Of a stretch of 64,000 nucleotides of DNA, positions 51,660 through 64,000 are shown piece by piece (position 1 is the first letter of the stretch; the number at the start of each line of letters is the position of its first letter). A program made the position numbers and the translations under genes. The notes below the pieces were generated by a model that made no database searches, was not told where the DNA came from, and saw only the letters and a list, made by a program, of their open reading frames with translations. Origin of the DNA: Mobula hypostoma (Eukaryota); contig NC_086109.1 in NCBI RefSeq assembly GCF_963921235.1, forward strand, positions 13,456,001-13,520,000, in the 5' to 3' direction.

Positions 51660-52400
51660 AGCCAGAGTGTCACAGCGTATGGACGTCTCCAAACAAGAGT
51701 TTTTCATGATCGTGACATCTGAACAGACACCAAAATGTTAGTGTGCAAAGCAGTGGTGATCCCAACGCTCCTGTATGCATCAGAAACCTGGACAAGATAC
51801 CGACGATATCTGAAGGCACTTGAAAAGTTCCATCAACGCTGTCTTCGAAACATCTTAAATATCAGCTGAGAAGATAGAAGAACCAACGTCAGTGTGTTAA
51901 ATGAAGCAAAAACAACAAGCATTGAAGCCTATGTCATCAAGAACCAACTAAGGTGGAGCGGTCATGTTGTTCGGATGAAGGACGAACGTCTGCCGAAACA
52001 AATCTTCTACTCCCAGCTTAAAGAAGGCAAACATAAAAGAGGTGGACAACAGAAGAGATTCAAAGATGTCTTAAAAGCTAACAGGAAGTACAAAAGTAAC
52101 ATCAACATCAACAATTTGGAAACCAAGGCCAAGGACAGGAAACTCTGGCAAATCATCATCCGAGAAGGAACAGCAATTTTCAAAGCCAACAGATGTGCAG
52201 AATTAGAAGAAAAGAGAAGAAAATGGAAAGAGAGGCAGCAACAACCAAAGCCCGAGCTGCCATCTGGAACTACCTGTCCTGAATGTAGAAGAACTTTCAC
52301 AGCCAAGATTTGACTCATAAGCCACTTGAGACCCCATAAATAGATAACGGAACGAAGGTCATCATCTTCGACCTCGAGGGATAGCCACAACGATGACGAA
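51660..52400 (+). mobile_element. RTE-clade LINE 3' fragment
   Basis: QLRWSGHVVRMKDERLPKQIFY..G..KRGGQQKRFKD and C-terminal CPEC zinc motif. Confidence 0.9.
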
Positions 52401-53589
52401 TAAAAACTATGAATTACAATAAGTATATATATTTAAAATTTTAAATAAATAGAGCAAAAATGTAGTGAGATAGTGTTCATGGGTTCAACGTCCATTCAGA
52501 AATCTGAAGGCAGAGGGGAAGAAGCTATCCCCTCTTCGTTCTCCTGCGAATTCATGCAAGAAAACGAATCTCAGGGTAGTATTGGTGACATACAGTATAT
52601 GTACTTTGATAATAAATTTACTTTGAATTTCTGAACTTTGAACTTTGAATCTGCCTAGATAGTGGAAACTTTAAAATTAGAAGATCCAATCTAATCTGTA
52701 ACATTACATATGCTAAAACTAGTAAGTTGGGTTATTATTGTCACATGGGCTGAGGTACAGTGAGAAACTGTCCTTGCATACTGTTCACAAAGGTCCGTTC
52801 AGGACACTTGGCATTGTGATCTAGTATAAGTTAAAAACAATAACAATAGAGGATATTTATATTTATGACAAAGACATAAATCTTGCTCGAACTGTGTAAA
52901 ATACTAGTTAAGCTACAGATGGAACAATGCATACAATTCCACTCACAACATCAGTGGAAAGACTTGTGATTGATAAATATGGGCTTAAAATTGCACACAC
53001 TTTCTTGGTTGGGCCTATTTTCTTTGGCACAACAATAACTGAAGGAAGCTTCTGTTGTGAAGTAGAAAGCTATTAAGGGCCAAAAAGTAATTGTTTGCTT
53101 TAGTGAAGAATGCAGCAGCATAAAAGTATAGAATTAAGTCGATTGGTAGAAGGATTAGAGAGGAGCTGAAAATAAATGTAACAGTCAGTGATTGGGAGGT
53201 GCCTGGATCTTAATTCTGGGAAAAATAATGGATGCAGAAGCATTCACTGTGTTGAGGAAGGATGTGGATATATAAAGAGCTATGTACAAAGGTTGAGGAT
53301 TAGCCTTACATTCAGTTGGGCCAGCATGGACATGAAGCTGTAAATTCCTTTGTGTTGACAAGGTGCAATAATAAGCCCAGGAAATTTTATTTCGGACATC
53401 TGTGACGTCCAATCCACTTACCATTGTTTTGCAGGATCTTGTTGAGAACCAGAGTCATAATCAGAATCAAGTTTACTATCACTGACAGATGTCATAAAAT
53501 TTGCAGTTTATCATAACATATATGATAAATTTATATACATAGAAAAGATAATTAAGTTTTGCAAAAAGAGAGCAAAAATAGTGAGGAAG

Positions 53590-54964
53590 GTGGTTGGGAA
53601 GTTGTTGGCGTCGATTGTCAAGGATGAGGTTACGGAGTACCTGGAGGCATATGACAAGATAGGCAGAACTCAGCATGGATTCCTTAAAGGAAAATCCTGC
53701 CTGACAAACCGATTACAATTTTTTGAGGAAATTACCAGTAGGCTAGACGAGGGAGATGCAGTGGAAGTTCTATATTTGAATTTTCAGAAGGCCTTTGACA
53801 AGGTGCTACACATGAGGCTACTTAACAAGATAAGAGCCCATGGAATTACGGGAAAGTTACATATGTGGATAGAGCGTTGGCTGATTGGCAGGAAACAGAG
53901 AGTGGGAATAAAGGGATCCTATTCCGGATGGCTGCTGGTTACCAGTGGTGTTCCACAGGGGTCCGTGTTGGGGCCGCTTCATTTTACATTTACATCAACG
54001 ATTTGGATTATGGAATAGATGGCTTTGTGGCTAAGTTTGCTGACGATACGAAGATAGGTGGAGGGGCCGGTAGTGCTGAGGAAACGGAGAGTCTGCAGAG
54101 AGACTTGGATAGATTGGGCAAAGAATTGGCAAATGATATACAATGTTGGAAAGTGCATGGTTATGCACTTTGGCAGAAGAAATAAATGTGCAGACTATTA
54201 TTTAAATGGGGAAAGAATTCAAAGTTCTGAGATGCAATGGGACTTGGGAGTCCTCGTACAGGACACCCTTAAGGTTAACCTCCAGGTTGAGTCGGTAGTG
54301 AAGAAGGCGAATGCAATGTTGGCATTCATTTCTAGAGGAATACAGTATAGGAGCAAGGATGTGATGTTGAGGCTCTATTAGGTACTGCTGAGACCTCACT
54401 TGGAGTACTGTGAGCAGTTTTGGTCTCCTTAGTTAAGAAAGGATGTGCTGACGTTGGAGAGGGTACAGAGAAGATTCACTAGAATGATTCTGGGAATGAG
54501 AGGGTTAACATATGAGGAACGTTTGTCTGCTCTTGGACTGTATTCCTTGGAGTTCAGAAGAATGAGGGGAGGCCTCATAGAAACATTTCGAATGTTGAAA
54601 GGCATGGACAGAGTGGATGTGGCAAAGTTGTTTCCCATGATGGGGGAGTCTAGTATGAGAGGGCATGACTTAAGGATTGAAGGGCACCCATTCAGAATAG
54701 AAATGCAAAGAAATTTTTTTAGTCAGAGGGTGGTGAATCTATGGAACTTGTTGCCACAGGCAGCAGTGGAGGCCAAGTCATTGGGTATATTTAAGGCAGA
54801 GATTGATATGTATTTGAGTAGCCAGGGCATCAAAGGTTATGGTGAGAAGGAGGGGGAGTGGGACTAAATGGAAGAATGGATCAGCTCATGATAAAATGGC
54901 GGAGCAGACTCGATGGGCCAAATGGCCGACTTCTGCTCCTTTACCTTATGTTCTTATGGTCTTA
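53590..54964 (+). mobile_element. CR1 LINE 3' fragment
   Basis: QHGFLKGKSCLTN, SGVPQGSVLGP, AKFADDTKIGG in frameshifted ORFs. Confidence 0.93.
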
Positions 54965-56137
54965 TTCATGGATTCATCGTCCATTCAGAAATCTTATGGT
55001 GGAAAGGAAGAAACTGTTCCTAAAATGTCATGTGTGTGTTTTCAGGCTTCTGTACCTGCTCCCTGATGGTATTATTTAGAAGGGGGCACCTTCTATGTAG
55101 TGGGTTCCTTAATGATGGGTGCTGCTTTTTTGAGGCATCGTGCTTTGAAGATGTCCTCAATGGTTATTTAATTTGGGTTGTTTCAAACTAGACAATGCTG
55201 GCTAAGTTATTTAGTTCAAGAAACCTTCAGTCCAGGCTGAGATTATCACTCAGCACATCAAATATCTAATCCGTTAATAGTTGGAACATGTGTGTACTCA
55301 GGGAGTTAACTTCACAGCGTTAATTGTAGGAATCTGGGATCTGTCTCCAGGAGCTTTTAGACAATATGTGTAAGAAGGTACCTGAAAAATAGCATGTGAG
55401 AAACAGAGAAACAGTATAAGTGCAAAGAAAGCAGTCCAGGCTTTTTAGGAATGGCCCAAAAACGTCAAGAAGAATGACAGAAACTGAGAGTGGACTAGAA
55501 TCCATTCCTCTGCTCTTGATTTCTGCGAAGGACAATTAATTCATCTGCGGCTTGTAGGCTTTTTACTTTATAGGAGTTGTAACTGTGTTTTGGAAATCCT
55601 TTGTGTTTCAGAAATGGTTTGTAATTTGGAAATTTTGTATACGATAGAGATCTCTGTGAGTCTTAAGTCTGTTTAAGTTTGTTGTTTGGCTTTAAACTTG
55701 TATCACTGAAAATAAATGAACCGAGTTTAAATTACTTTGTTAGCTGGAAGCATCTCTTCCTTGCAGGAAGAGGAGAGCCACTGCTCAAATAGTGGGTATG
55801 GACAGCTAATCTTGCCGTGAAGGATAAAGAGGGAAGTAAACTCTTTGAAGATTGGGTGGTTACAATAAAACCTCCCTTTAGTGAGGATACCCGTAATTAT
55901 CTATATTGGATAGGGCTTAAGGTTTTCATCAGAGTTTTCCCCATCGCACTGGAAAAGTGTGAAGTGATCCTCTTGGAAGTGAGAACTTGAAGGCAGAACA
56001 CAGGGTTAATGGCAGGATCTGGGCAGTTTGGTGGAAGAGAGGAATGTTGAGGTTCATGTCCATAGATCCCCCAAAGTTGTAGAGCATTTGACAGGATGGT
56101 TAAGAAAGTGTGTGTCAGCTTCATTAGTTGGGGATTG

Positions 56138-56454
56138 TGAAGACAGACTCTGGCGGATTGAGCGGACGAGACCAATGGAAGGTCCAACGGTCAAGGCGGC
56201 GGTCTCTGTAAGCGTCGTGGAACGTGTAGAGCAGGACAAGACACAGAAGACGTCCTGGTCATCCACTGCGCCTAGTCCCATCTCCAGCCGTCTAGACTCT
56301 GTCCTGCCACTGGATCCAGATGGGAATTGGGAAGAGAGAGTGAGGCTGACGCTGCGCAACTCTCCCTCACTTAAATCCAAATCACGCGCTAGTCTCGACA
56401 CCATCATAATGGTGTCGAGGTCCTCATCGATGTCAACGATGGATGAACAACAAC
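56138..56454 (+). mobile_element. Young non-autonomous RTE-type retroposon inserted in an old CR1 (~55950-56700)
   Basis: 12-bp TSD AGTTGGGGATTG (56126-56137, 56455-56466); (AAC)n tail; hairpin CTCGACACCAT-CATA-ATGGTGTCGAG. Confidence 0.8.
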
Positions 56455-57059
56455 AGTTGGGGATTGAGTCTGTGGCCAGGGGATAACGTTGCAGCTCTAT
56501 GGAACTCTGGTTAGATCGCACTTGGCGTGTTTGTTCAGTTCTGGTCGCCTCATTACTAGAAGGATGTGAAAGTTTCAGAGAGGGTGCAGAGGGGATGTAC
56601 CACGTGAATGAAAAAATGGAGTGCTATGTAGGAGGGAAGGATAGGATAGATCTTGGAGTAGGTTAAAGTGTCAGCACGACATTGTGGGCCGAATGGCCAT
56701 TATTCTGATTTCTAACTTCTGATTACAGTATTCTGATGGTGGGGTGGCTCGTGCCCATGAAGGAGCTGGCTGTGTTTCTGACCCTGTGCAGTGGTGCCTC
56801 CATATCAGTCAGTGATGCAGCCAGCTCGAATGCTCTCCATCACACATGTACAGCATCCAGGGTGACAACTGGAACCAGAGCGAGTGGAGAGAAACACAGC
56901 TGAGCTCCAGGGTGGTGCTCAGGTTGTCGTTGACATGGAAACGTATAATCTACCGGGTGAAGGTGAACAAAGTACAAACCAAAGCTGATAAACAGAAAGC
57001 TGGCAGAGCTAGTGAAAAACTGCCCTCTGTCCATTAACTAAATATAAGAGAACTTATCT

Positions 57060-57367
57060 TATAAACTTTATTTGTCACATGAACATCAAAACATACTGCG
57101 AAATGCATCGTTTTGCATCAAAGACCAACATAGTGTGACAGGGCAGCCGCAAGTGCCGCTACATTTCTGACGCCAACATTAGCAGATGCTCAACTCACTA
57201 ACCCTAACCCCTGTGTCCTTGGAATGGGGCAGGGGGCCTGAAACCGGAGAACCCAAAGTAAACCAACGCAGTTCACATGGAGATTGTTTCATCTCCTTAT
57301 GGATGGTGGCAGGAATAAACCCCGATTTCTGGCACTGTAAAGCATTAACGCTAACCATTAGACTACA
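57060..57367 (-). mobile_element. HE1/V-SINE-like element
   Basis: TTTATTTGTCAC start and V-SINE-like core, reverse of other copies. Confidence 0.65.
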
Positions 57368-57491
57368 GTACCTCCCTAGGCTTGTATAATGAAAGGAAAT
57401 GCTTTGTGAAATGTAGTTGCTCCAGTACAGGTGACATCCTTGCAATGGAGTTCAATCCTGAAACCAGGTTCCGGAATACCATTATCTTAGG

Positions 57492-57660
57492 AACACACTT
57501 AAGATGCTGGAGGAATTCTGCAGGCCAGGCAGCATCTATGGAAAAGAGTACAGTCGACATTTCAGGCCAAGACCCTTCATCAGGTCCTGACCTGCTGAGT
57601 TCCTCCAGCATCTTGTGTGGGTGTTGCTTGGATTTCCAGCATCTGCAGATTTTCTCTTGT
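57492..57660. mobile_element. Old miniature pLTR hairpin with hammerhead core (57551-57586 minus)
   Basis: Diverged TSD CCATTATCTTAGGAA / CCATTACTGTAGGAA; CTGATGA-AGGGTCTTGGCCT-GAAA-TG-TC-GACTG. Confidence 0.85.
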
Positions 57661-58844
57661 CCATTACTGTAGGAATCATTTTCTAGAAATAATATATAAG
57701 CTGTTGGAACTAAGGAGTTTGAATGGCACATTAAAGTTGAAAGTTCAAAGTAAATTTATTATCAACGCGCATATATGTCACCAAGTACAACCCTGAGGTT
57801 CATTTTCTTCTGGGCATATCAATAAATCCACAATAGGATCAATGAAAAACCGCACCAACTTGGGCATTTAACCAGTGTGCAAAAGCCAAAAAACTATGCA
57901 AATACAAAAAGAAAGAAATAATAATAAAAGTAAATAAATATCGAGAACATGAGATGAAGAATCCTTGAAAGTAATCCATAGATTGTGGGAACATTTCAGT
58001 GATGGGGCAAGTGAAGTTGAGTGAAGTTATCACCACTGGTTCATGAGCCTGATGTGTGAGTCCTGAAGCTCCAATATTTTCTTCCTGATGAATGCTGCCT
58101 TCCTGCGACTGCACCCCATGTAGATGTGTGCCACAGTGGAGAGGGCTTTACCCCTGATGGACTGGGCCACATCCACTACTTCTTGTAGGAGTTTCTGTTC
58201 AAGGGCATTGGCCAATCAATATACTCTCCACCACACATCTATAGGTGCTTGATCCAGATTAGATTCTTCCAGGAGGAAATTAGGCCGAAGACACAGTTAC
58301 TGACACTCTTCTGTATCGGGTTTCCTTGGTTACTGTCGAAGGTAAGCAGCACACAGATTGGGTATGAGCTGAATCACACAGGAACCATTTCTCTGTTTTT
58401 TCAGCCCTTATTCATGACAGAACTGGCATTAACATTTGGTGCTTTTTGAATCCCTCTGGTGTCTTCAGCTCTATACACCAAGCCAATTTAGAAGAACAAC
58501 CATTTTGTTCTCTGGTTGTTTTGAATCCCACACTCAGAAGTAAGAGAATCATTCAGAACTAATCATTTGTAAACTGACAGCCAAATTTTGTCAGCCTGTA
58601 ACAAAGCTGGCTGTTAAAGGAATTTATCAGTTGTGCATTCCAGAAGAACTTAGTGACAACTTGGCGGTGTAAAAATTGCCATTATTTACACCAGAAGAAA
58701 ACATTTGAGCTTTTAAATTGTATCTACTACTTGTCCTCAATGATAACTGGGCTTGCTCTGTGTGCTTCGTCAGTGGACTTGTTTCAGCTCAGGGTTAGTC
58801 AGGCCAACTCTGAACCCTATCATAACCCAAATCTAGGCCATAGA

Positions 58845-59374
58845 TAGGGTTGCCAACTTTCTCACTCCCAAATAAGGGACAAAAGTAGCAGTCAGATATG
58901 GGACACTTGTGTTTACCCTGAGAAAGACTACCATGACCATGAAGCCTTGCGTGGGCACCTGTGTGTGCATGCATGTACGTGCCGATTTTTTTCTACAAAT
59001 TGGTTTTGGCTTAATCTTCCCGATTCTGTTAAGTGAAATTACACTGTACATACATTATTTCTACTTTATATAGGCTATATATTTATCATATTATTCCTGC
59101 TTTTACTATATGTTAGTGTTATTTTTAGGTTTCTGTATTATTTGGTATGATTTGGTAGACTATTTTTGGGGTCTGGGAATGCTCAAAAATTTTTCCCTTA
59201 TAAATTAATGGTAATTGCTTCTTCGCTTTACGCCATTTCGGTGTATGAATGATTTCATAGGAACGCTATACCTTAGCGGGGGAAATACAGGACAAGGGGG
59301 GTCCCGTATGGGACAAACCAATTTAGCCCAATATACAGGATGTCCCGGCTAATACGGGACAGTTGGCAACCCTA
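58845..59374. mobile_element. hAT-type MITE
   Basis: Perfect 14-bp TIR TAGGGTTGCCAACT; 8-bp TSD GCCATAGA. Confidence 0.93.
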
Positions 59375-59566
59375 GCCATAGAGTCCAGGCCTGAGAGCAT
59401 ATTGAAGCAACAGGGACCACGTCTAAGAGCAAGGAACAACCCAAGGTTTGAATGATTTAAGCAGCAGGCCTAATTGAAGCAGTGGGTTCTGGGGCTGGGA
59501 TCATCTCGAAGCAGCAGGGCCCAAGTCCGAAAGCAAGGAATGACCTGAGGTATGGATGAGTTAAGC

Positions 59567-60409
59567 CAGACATCCCACCCTGCAAAAACTCATTTCAGGG
59601 AGGTAGCACCATCAATTTGCGGGAGACTTCTGGGAGAGGTGGGATGTCTGCAATAGAGTAGCTCCTTAGCAGCTAGCCAGCTAGTTTAAATAACATTAGC
59701 TATGCTAATGAACGAATGGCACCTGTTAAACTCACCTCAACATGTCTTTTACAGTCTTAACCCACCATGGGCAATAGAAAAGTTACTGTTTCAAACAGTG
59801 CAGCGAGCAACACTGTCATTATTTTTGACCCCTATTAGGCAGGGGTACACTTTAGTCTGGGGTGACGTACATTTTATATTTTCTTTTTTTGGAACACTCT
59901 GCCACTCTGACTTTTTTTGGAAGTCTCTCGCTCTTGCTCTTGCTCTCATGCTCTCTCACTCGTGGTCGCTGTCACACGCGCTCACTCTCTCGCGCTTGCT
60001 TTCTCGCTCTTGCTCTCACTCTCTCGTGCTTGCTTTCTCGCTCTTGCTCTCGCTCTCTCTCTCGCGCTTGCTTTCTCGCTCTTGCGCTCACTCTCTCGTG
60101 CTTGCTTTCTCGCTCTTGCTCTCGCTCTCTCGAGCGCGCTCTCGCTCTCTCTCGCGCACGCACTCTCTCGCTCTCACTCTCTCGCGCTTGCTTTCTCGCT
60201 CTTGCTCTCGCTCTCTCACTCGCGCTCGCTCTCTTGCGCTTGCTTTCTTGCTCTTGCGCTCGCTCTCTCACTCTCTCTCGCGCGCTGTGTCACGCTCGCT
60301 CTCAAAAAAAAATCAATTTCCGGGACATTGTATATAATTTGCGGGCATCAGGGAGTCACTATTAATTTGCGGGAAACTCCCGGAACGTCCGGGAGAGATG
60401 GGATGTCTG
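59567..60409. mobile_element. hAT-type MITE carrying a minisatellite
   Basis: 11-bp TIR CAGACATCCCA; 8-bp TSD AGTTAAGC (59559-59566, 60410-60417). Confidence 0.92.
59925..60303. repeat. CT/CG-rich minisatellite, unit ~CTCTCGCGCTTGCTTTCTCGCTCTTGCTCTCRCT
   Basis: Direct reading. Confidence 0.92.
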
Positions 60410-60819
60410 AGTTAAGCGCCAGGCCAGGGTGTCAGGACCTGAGGTTTAGTCATCTCTGTGCTGAACCAGGGCTGTAGCCTGCAGCTAACAGGCTACTGGA
60501 TTGGCTACAGTGATGCCTGGCTTCGCAGCTGTGGGCTCACTTTCATGAACTTCATTGGCCTGTTTGCTTTTCTTGTTTGCACAATTTGATTTATTTTCTG
60601 CACATTGGGTGTTAGACAGCCTTCTTTTTTTAATGAGTTCTCTTGGGATTCTTTGTTTTGTGGCTGCCTGTAAGGAGGTGAATCTCAAGGTTGTATATAG
60701 TGTACATCCATTGATAATAAATGTATTTTGACTTCTTGTCAGGATTTTACTGTTTGTCCATGGTTAACCTGAAGTGAAATTTCTTAAACTTTCCACTGAG
60801 TAGTTTTACAAAACTATCT

Positions 60820-61445
60820 CAGAATGAGAATCAGGTTTAGTATCATTGATATATGTCATAAAACGTGTTGTTTTGCAGGAGCAGTACAGTGCAGTATATA
60901 AACATTACTATAAATTACAGTAAGGATATATAAAAAATCAAATTGTGCAAAATGAGAGAAGGTAGTGAGGAAATGTTCAGGGATTTGTTGTCCACTTGGA
61001 AATCTGATGGCGGAGAGGAAGAAGCTGTTCTTAAAACATCTTCAGGCTTCTGCACCTCCTCACTGGTGGTAGCAATGGGAAGAAAGCTTGTCCTGAATAG
61101 TGAGGATCCTTCATGATGGACGTCACCTCCTTGGGGCATCGCCTTTGGAAGATGTCCTCATTGGTGGAGAGGCTGGTGACCATGACGGATCTGGCTGAGC
61201 TTACAGCCTTCTGAAGCTTTTTTTTCCCGATATTGTCCTCCAGTGCCTTCATTACAGACAACCCGGCCAGAATGCTTTCCATCGTGCATCTCTAGAAGTT
61301 TGCCAGGATCCTTGGTGGCGTACCAAATCTCTTCAAACTCCGAATGAAATATAAGCATGGGCTTGCCTTCTTTGTAATTGCTTCAATATGTTGGATCCTG
61401 CATAAGTTTTCAGAGATGTTGATGCCAAGGAATTGAAGTTGCTCA
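60820..61445 (-). mobile_element. Old Rex/Babar-type LINE fragment
   Basis: Degenerate MESILAG..SIMKDPHYSGQAFFPLLP..RRCRSL. Confidence 0.7.
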
Positions 61446-62726
61446 CCCTGTCCTCTGCTGACCCCATCCTAGCTTGCTCCCAATTATAGCGGCATAAGTA
61501 GGGCGAATTGGGGCACAGACTGGGTGAATGGACACCGTCTTTCTCCCATTAAGAACTAGAGATTTCAGGTGAAAGGAGAAAGATAGGAACTCGAGGAGTA
61601 ACTTTTTCATATACTGTATATTGAACAAGAAACTAGAGGAGGTGGTTGAGGCAGGTATAGTGACAAAATTTAGAAGAGCATTTGGACAGACACATTGGTA
61701 GAAAGCTTTAGAGGGATATAGTAGTGGAATGGATTTGTTATTGTCATATCGACAGTGAAAAGCATGTCATTGTTTATACAGATCAAATCATTATAAGACC
61801 ACAAGGCCATTTGGTCTGTTGAGTCAACTCCACCATTTTGTCATGGATGATCCATTTTCCCTCTCAGCCTTCCCAATCTCCTGCCTTCTCCCCGTATCCT
61901 TTCATGCACTGACTAATTAAGAATCTGTCAGCCTCTGCCTTAAAAATACCCAACGACTTGGCCTCTGTAGCTGCTTGTGGCAACAGATTCCACAGATTCA
62001 CCACTCTGGCTAAAGAAATTCCTCCTCAATTCCATTCTATTCTGAGGCTGTATCCTCTTATACAGCGTAAAAGCTACTGGAGAATTGCAGTGCTGGTAAA
62101 CAAATAAAGTACAAGATCATAATGAGGTAATTTGTGAGGCCAAGAGTCTATCTTACTCTGCGAGAGGTCAATTCAAGAGTTTGATAATGGTGGGTGTAGA
62201 AACTGTCATTGGGCCTGGTGCTTCCAGGCTTTTGTATCTTCTGCCAGATGGGAGGGGGAATGTTTGGGGTGGCTGGAGGAGGCTTTGATTATGCTGGCTG
62301 CTTTAGTCAAGCAGTGAAAAATGTAGACAGCGTCTATATGATGTTGTCCTTTAAAGTTAAATTGGATAGATATATGGACAGGAGAGGAATGAAGGGTTAT
62401 GGGCTGAGTGCAGGTCGGTGGGACTAGGTGAGAGTAAGAGTTCGGGCCAGACTAGAAGGGCTGAGATGGCCTGTTTCCGTGCTGTAATTGTTATATGATT
62501 ATATGAGTTAAACACCACAGGCACATGCGACTAGCTTGGGTGGGCATTTGGTCAGTATAGTTGAATTGGGCCAAAGAGCTTGGTTCCATGCTGTATTACT
62601 CCATAACTTAGTAAGACCATAAGACAGATAGAACCAGATTTAGGAGTCTCCTTCATGGCTGATTTATTTTCCCTCTCAACCCTACTCTCCTCCCTCCTCC
62701 CTGTAACATTTGACATCCTGGTCAGA

Positions 62727-63417
62727 TCCCACTCGGAGTACTGTGCTCAGTTTTGATCACCTCACTACAGGAAGGATGTTGGAAACCATAGAAAGGGTGC
62801 AGAGGAGATTTACAAGGATGTTGCCTGGATTGGGGAGCATGCTTTATGAAAACAGGTTGAGTGAACTCGGCCTTTTCTCCTTGGAGCGACGGAGGATGAG
62901 AGGTGACCTGATAGAGGTGTATAAGATGATGAGAGGCATTGATCGTGTGGATAGTCAGAGGCTTTTTCCCAGGGCTGAAATGGCTGCCACAAGAGGGCAT
63001 GGGTTTAAGGTGCAAACAACAAGAATTCTGCAGATGCTGGAAATTCAAGCAACATACATCAAAGTTGCTGGTGAACGCAGCAGGCCAAGCAGCATCTATA
63101 GGAAGAGGTGCAGTCGACGTTTCAGGCCGAGACCCTTCGTACTAACGTGCTGACGAAGGGTCTCGGCCTGAAACGTCGACTGCACCTCTTCCTATAGATG
63201 CTGCTTGGCCTGCTGCGTTCACCAGCAACTTTGATGTATGGGTTTAAGGTGCTTAGGAATAGGTACAGAGGAGATGTCAGGGGTAAGTTTTTTACGCATA
63301 AAGTGGTGAGTGCGTGGAATGGGCTGCCGGCAACAGTGGTGGAGGCGGTTACGATAGGGTCTTTTAAGAGACTCTTGAATAGGTACATGGAGCTTAGAAA
63401 AATAGAGGGCTGTGAGT
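62727..63417 (+). mobile_element. CR1 3' fragment interrupted by a pLTR hairpin
   Basis: ERVQRRFTRMLPG...TRGHGFKV before the insertion and GFKVLRNRYRGDVRGKFFT after it. Confidence 0.93.
63014..63237. mobile_element. Young 224-bp pLTR-end hairpin insertion
   Basis: 15-bp TSD ATGGGTTTAAGGTGC (62999-63013, 63238-63252); perfect 88-bp inverted repeat 63053-63140 / 63153-63240. Confidence 0.95.
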
Positions 63418-63804
63418 AATGCCCTCTAATCACCGAGATGCCCCACTATTGGAAATATAGTAGGACTCAATCATCTATTACAACTTGCAGGAATATTAAT
63501 TGTCTCTCCCTCACTAGAGATATACACCCTACTGATTGAGACAGTTTGCAAACATCATCAACATCAAGAAGAGAGTTAGTCACAAGATGAATTGGTAGAA
63601 AATGATACTTATTAGTTACTGTGGTTTATGGCAGAATGGAGTTGGAACCCAATCATAGATTAACACATACAGAAGAAATTCCATTCTTCACTAAAGCATT
63701 GTCTGTTTTCAAGAGTAATATATATGATGATCTAACACATTTCTGGAAAGGGTTATAATACTTCTCATCCTTACTGGAATGAAAATCATGGCTGTCATGT
63801 TACA

Positions 63805-64000
63805 TGCCCAAGAAATAGTGGATGCATTAGTGATAATTTTTCAAAACTCGTTAGATTCTGGACTAGTTCCTGAGGATTGGAGGCTGGCTAATGTAACCCC
63901 AATTTTTAAAAAAGGAGGGAGAGAGAAACCGGGGAATTATAGACCGGTTAGCCTAACGTCGGTGGTGGGGAAACTGCTGGAGTCAGTTATCAAGGATGTG
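63805..64000 (+). mobile_element. Start of another young CR1 copy, running off the window
   Basis: Near-identical to ~21008-21202. Confidence 0.93.

Noticed and set aside
56028..56521. Overlapping 152/155-aa ORFs
   Set aside because: They cross the TSD boundaries of a GC-rich insertion in a CR1; chance ORFs.
58273..58341. Possible 69-bp exon (TTCCAG|...GAAG|GTAAGC)
   Set aside because: Good donor but short pyrimidine tract and no recognisable peptide; needs RNA-seq.
59702..60477. Long Ser/Leu/Arg-rich ORFs
   Set aside because: Translations of the CT-rich minisatellite.

Overview
This is repeat-dense eukaryotic (vertebrate) DNA, most likely from a cartilaginous fish. That assignment is inferred from abundant HE1/V-SINE-like SINEs alongside CR1, Rex/Babar, RTE and Penelope-like elements. 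No intact host coding exon can be supported. The only clear host feature is a CpG-rich, TE-free stretch (~14.8-15.6 kb) ending in a strong splice donor, probably a promoter and non-coding first exon on the + strand, so much of the downstream sequence may be intronic. All long ORFs are retrotransposon remnants. The most notable system is a family of Penelope-like elements (YIDD RT, CxxxxCxxC linker, GIY-YIG endonuclease) whose pseudo-LTRs carry a minimal type I hammerhead ribozyme (CUGAnGA-A-GGGU/GCCY-GAAA-CG-UC). They insert as TSD-flanked inverted (hairpin) structures from 1.9 kb down to ~125-225 bp. Three regularities are visible: only one arm carries the terminal tail, the two arms carry different but reproducible sequence variants in two independent insertions, and the smallest copies break at the 5' edge of the ribozyme core. 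The window also holds a decayed Gypsy provirus, two solo LTRs, two hAT MITEs, two Tc1-like MITEs, nested CR1s and a perfect 95-bp inverted templated duplication. Boundaries of old repeats are approximate.
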